A stretch of DNA of 64,000 nucleotides from Podarcis pityusensis (Eukaryota): assembly GCA_964106645.2 (NCBI GenBank), contig OZ067041.1; one strand, 5' to 3'. Positions 62,333 to 64,000 of the stretch are shown piece by piece. The notes below the pieces were generated by a model, which ran no database searches, had not been told where the DNA came from, and saw only the letters and a list, made by a program, of their open reading frames with translations. Every line of letters starts with the position of its first letter. Within the stretch, counting starts at the first letter, position 1. The position numbers and the translations under genes were made by a program.

Positions 62333-63254
62333 AACCAGGTCCTAGTCAGAGTATACCTGTTGAAATCAATGAATCTGTTAGTCGTGTCTCTTAACTTCAA
62401 AAGGCTTACTCTGAGTAGGACTAGCATTGCATACCACGCCGTGTTTCTGCATCTTGGTGTGCCTCATATGAACCAGCACTTGATGCTCAAAAACTGGCAT
62501 AGAATTCTAGGTCTTGGACAACCAAGCAGCACCTAAAGAAAAGCTTAAGAGAAAGCATAAGATCAGCAACCACACATATTTCCATTTGGAATCCAAGGAA
62601 CCTGACTCTGCTATGAGCTCCTGAGAGCATTCTTTCCAAAATCTGTTTCTCCATGTGCAATCAGTCTTGGAGCAATCCGCATGCAACCTTACTGGTGTTC
62701 AAAACAACCACAACCACCAGCTTTTCTATGTGGATGAAACACTTCTCCACGACAAAGTAAAGGGTGAGGTAGGGGATCATCCCATTTGTAGTAGTCTCTT
62801 TTATTCTTTGGCCTTGGGTTCTCCACTTGTGGCAACATGGACCTCTCTGATTGGTTCAACAAGATCAGGCATTTGCGTACCACCACTGAAGCCACATTTA
62901 GCACAGCTGTGGTGGCTCACAGACACAAAAGGAGCAGCAGCTTTTGGGTTAATCCTTTGGCAGAGAATCATCCTTGCGATGAGAGGAGTGAAATTTACCA
63001 ACATATAGAGGGGAACACATTATATTACCTACTGAAATGGATTTCTTAATGTAACGATGAGGAAATGGTGGCCCTCCAGATATTGTTAGACAACCATTCC
63101 CATTGTACCTGAATGCTGGCCAGGCAGGCTGTGGCTGATGGGAGCTAGAGTCCAAGAATATTTGGAGGGTCACAGGTTCCCCATCCCCACCTCAGTGTTG
63201 TGAAAATGAGCACTTTATTTTCCCGTTCATATTTCCCTCCCAATATAAACATAC

Positions 63255-63382
63255 TTATCCTGACGGTCTTTTGCTCCATTAAACAAATCCATCAATACGC
63301 TGTCAGTGTAAAAGGTATGTATTGTCTTCAGTTCTTTTTCTCCTCTTTCAATCTCTTTCTTTAGTAGATATATATCCTCACA
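63255..63382 (-). CDS. VWA3B: VWA3B exon (CEDIYLLKKEIERGEKELKTIHTFYTDSVLMDLFNGAKDRQDK)
   Basis: CAG and GTATGT sites, phase 0-2. Resembles human SEDLTLLVKEMEQG...LIMDWWYNAEKD. Confidence 0.88.
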
Positions 63383-63479
63383 CTGCCAAAAATGAGGAAA
63401 CGGTGACTGAAATTAATTATGAACAAGTTCTAAACCAGATACCAAACCTACACAATAATACCAAGAGGGGGGCAAAGTT

Positions 63480-64000
63480 TTATTTATTAAAAGAGCTATA
63501 TCCCATCTTTCAGGACAAGGTGGTTTGCAAAACCCATGATAAAACATATGAAACAGTAATTTAAAATAGCAATTTAAGCCTACAAATAAACCTCTTTAAA
63601 ATTAACACTAAAACCACAGAAAGGCACATTAATTGATAAGAATAATGAAACACAGATGAAAATAAAAACATATTGAGGGTCCTTTTAGCAGTCATGGGGG
63701 AGGAAAGTTACAGGCACTTCATGGGCAATCTTTAATTGATACGGGGCCAGTACAGAAAAGGCCCCATCTCTGAATCACTCAGCCTAGTCTCTCTTAATGG
63801 CAGGTAAGAGAGCAGAATTCAGACAGCTTCATAAGGCAGTCCTTCAAGTAACATGGTTCAAAACCACTGAGGGGTTAAAGGACAAAGCCAGCAATTTATA
63901 AACTGCGCCAGAAACAAATAGGCAGCCGCTGTAAGCCGTGCAGAACAGGTGTAATACGCTTTGATTGTTGGTCTCCTACAAACCATTCTTGCCTCTGCAT
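63480..64000 (-). mobile_element. Degraded L2 LINE 3' fragment
   Basis: Minus strand ITPVLHGLQRLPI and GCCTTTTCTGTACTGGCCCC motif typical of the L2 C-terminus. Confidence 0.55.

Larger units (their letters stand above)
32516..63382 (-). other. VWA3B: VWA3B gene, 3' part (14 coding exons; 5' part lies beyond the window end)
   Basis: Exons join with consistent phases into 1962 nt (653 aa + stop). Peptides match my recollection of human VWA3B (WLKTYGLVAKKLT.MDAL, WPIS, KVIAR...GFYFPG, VGGAMPCP, VGDYVF; DUF4537 region). Confidence 0.92.

Overview
This is vertebrate (squamate, probably lacertid lizard) genomic DNA, inferred from Sauria SINEs, Bov-B, CR1 and tRNA/CR1-tail SINEs. The right half (32.5-63.4 kb) holds the 3' part of VWA3B on the minus strand. 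I traced 14 exons by hand; they splice into one continuous 1962-nt frame ending in TAG, include a GC-AG intron and a 31-nt micro-exon, and have AATAAA 5 nt after the stop. A CpG island at ~10.9-11.75 kb with a minus-strand splice donor is probably the non-coding first exon/promoter of the next gene, CNGA3 by recalled synteny; no CNGA3 coding sequence was found in the window. The most notable element is an intact, apparently very young Ty1/copia retrotransposon (16204-21375, minus). It has two 449-bp LTRs that look identical by eye, a 5-bp TSD, a single 1320-aa polyprotein, non-canonical TG...GA termini and a split half-tRNAiMet primer site. A second, internally deleted copia of another family keeps only an RNase H ORF. 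Both copia insertions fall at a TCTATG (CR1-tail-like) motif in the same orientation. The rest is solo LTRs, LINE fragments, SINEs, hAT and Tc1/mariner MITEs, microsatellites and a few unexplained hairpins. No database searches were run; family and gene names come from recognised motifs and memory.
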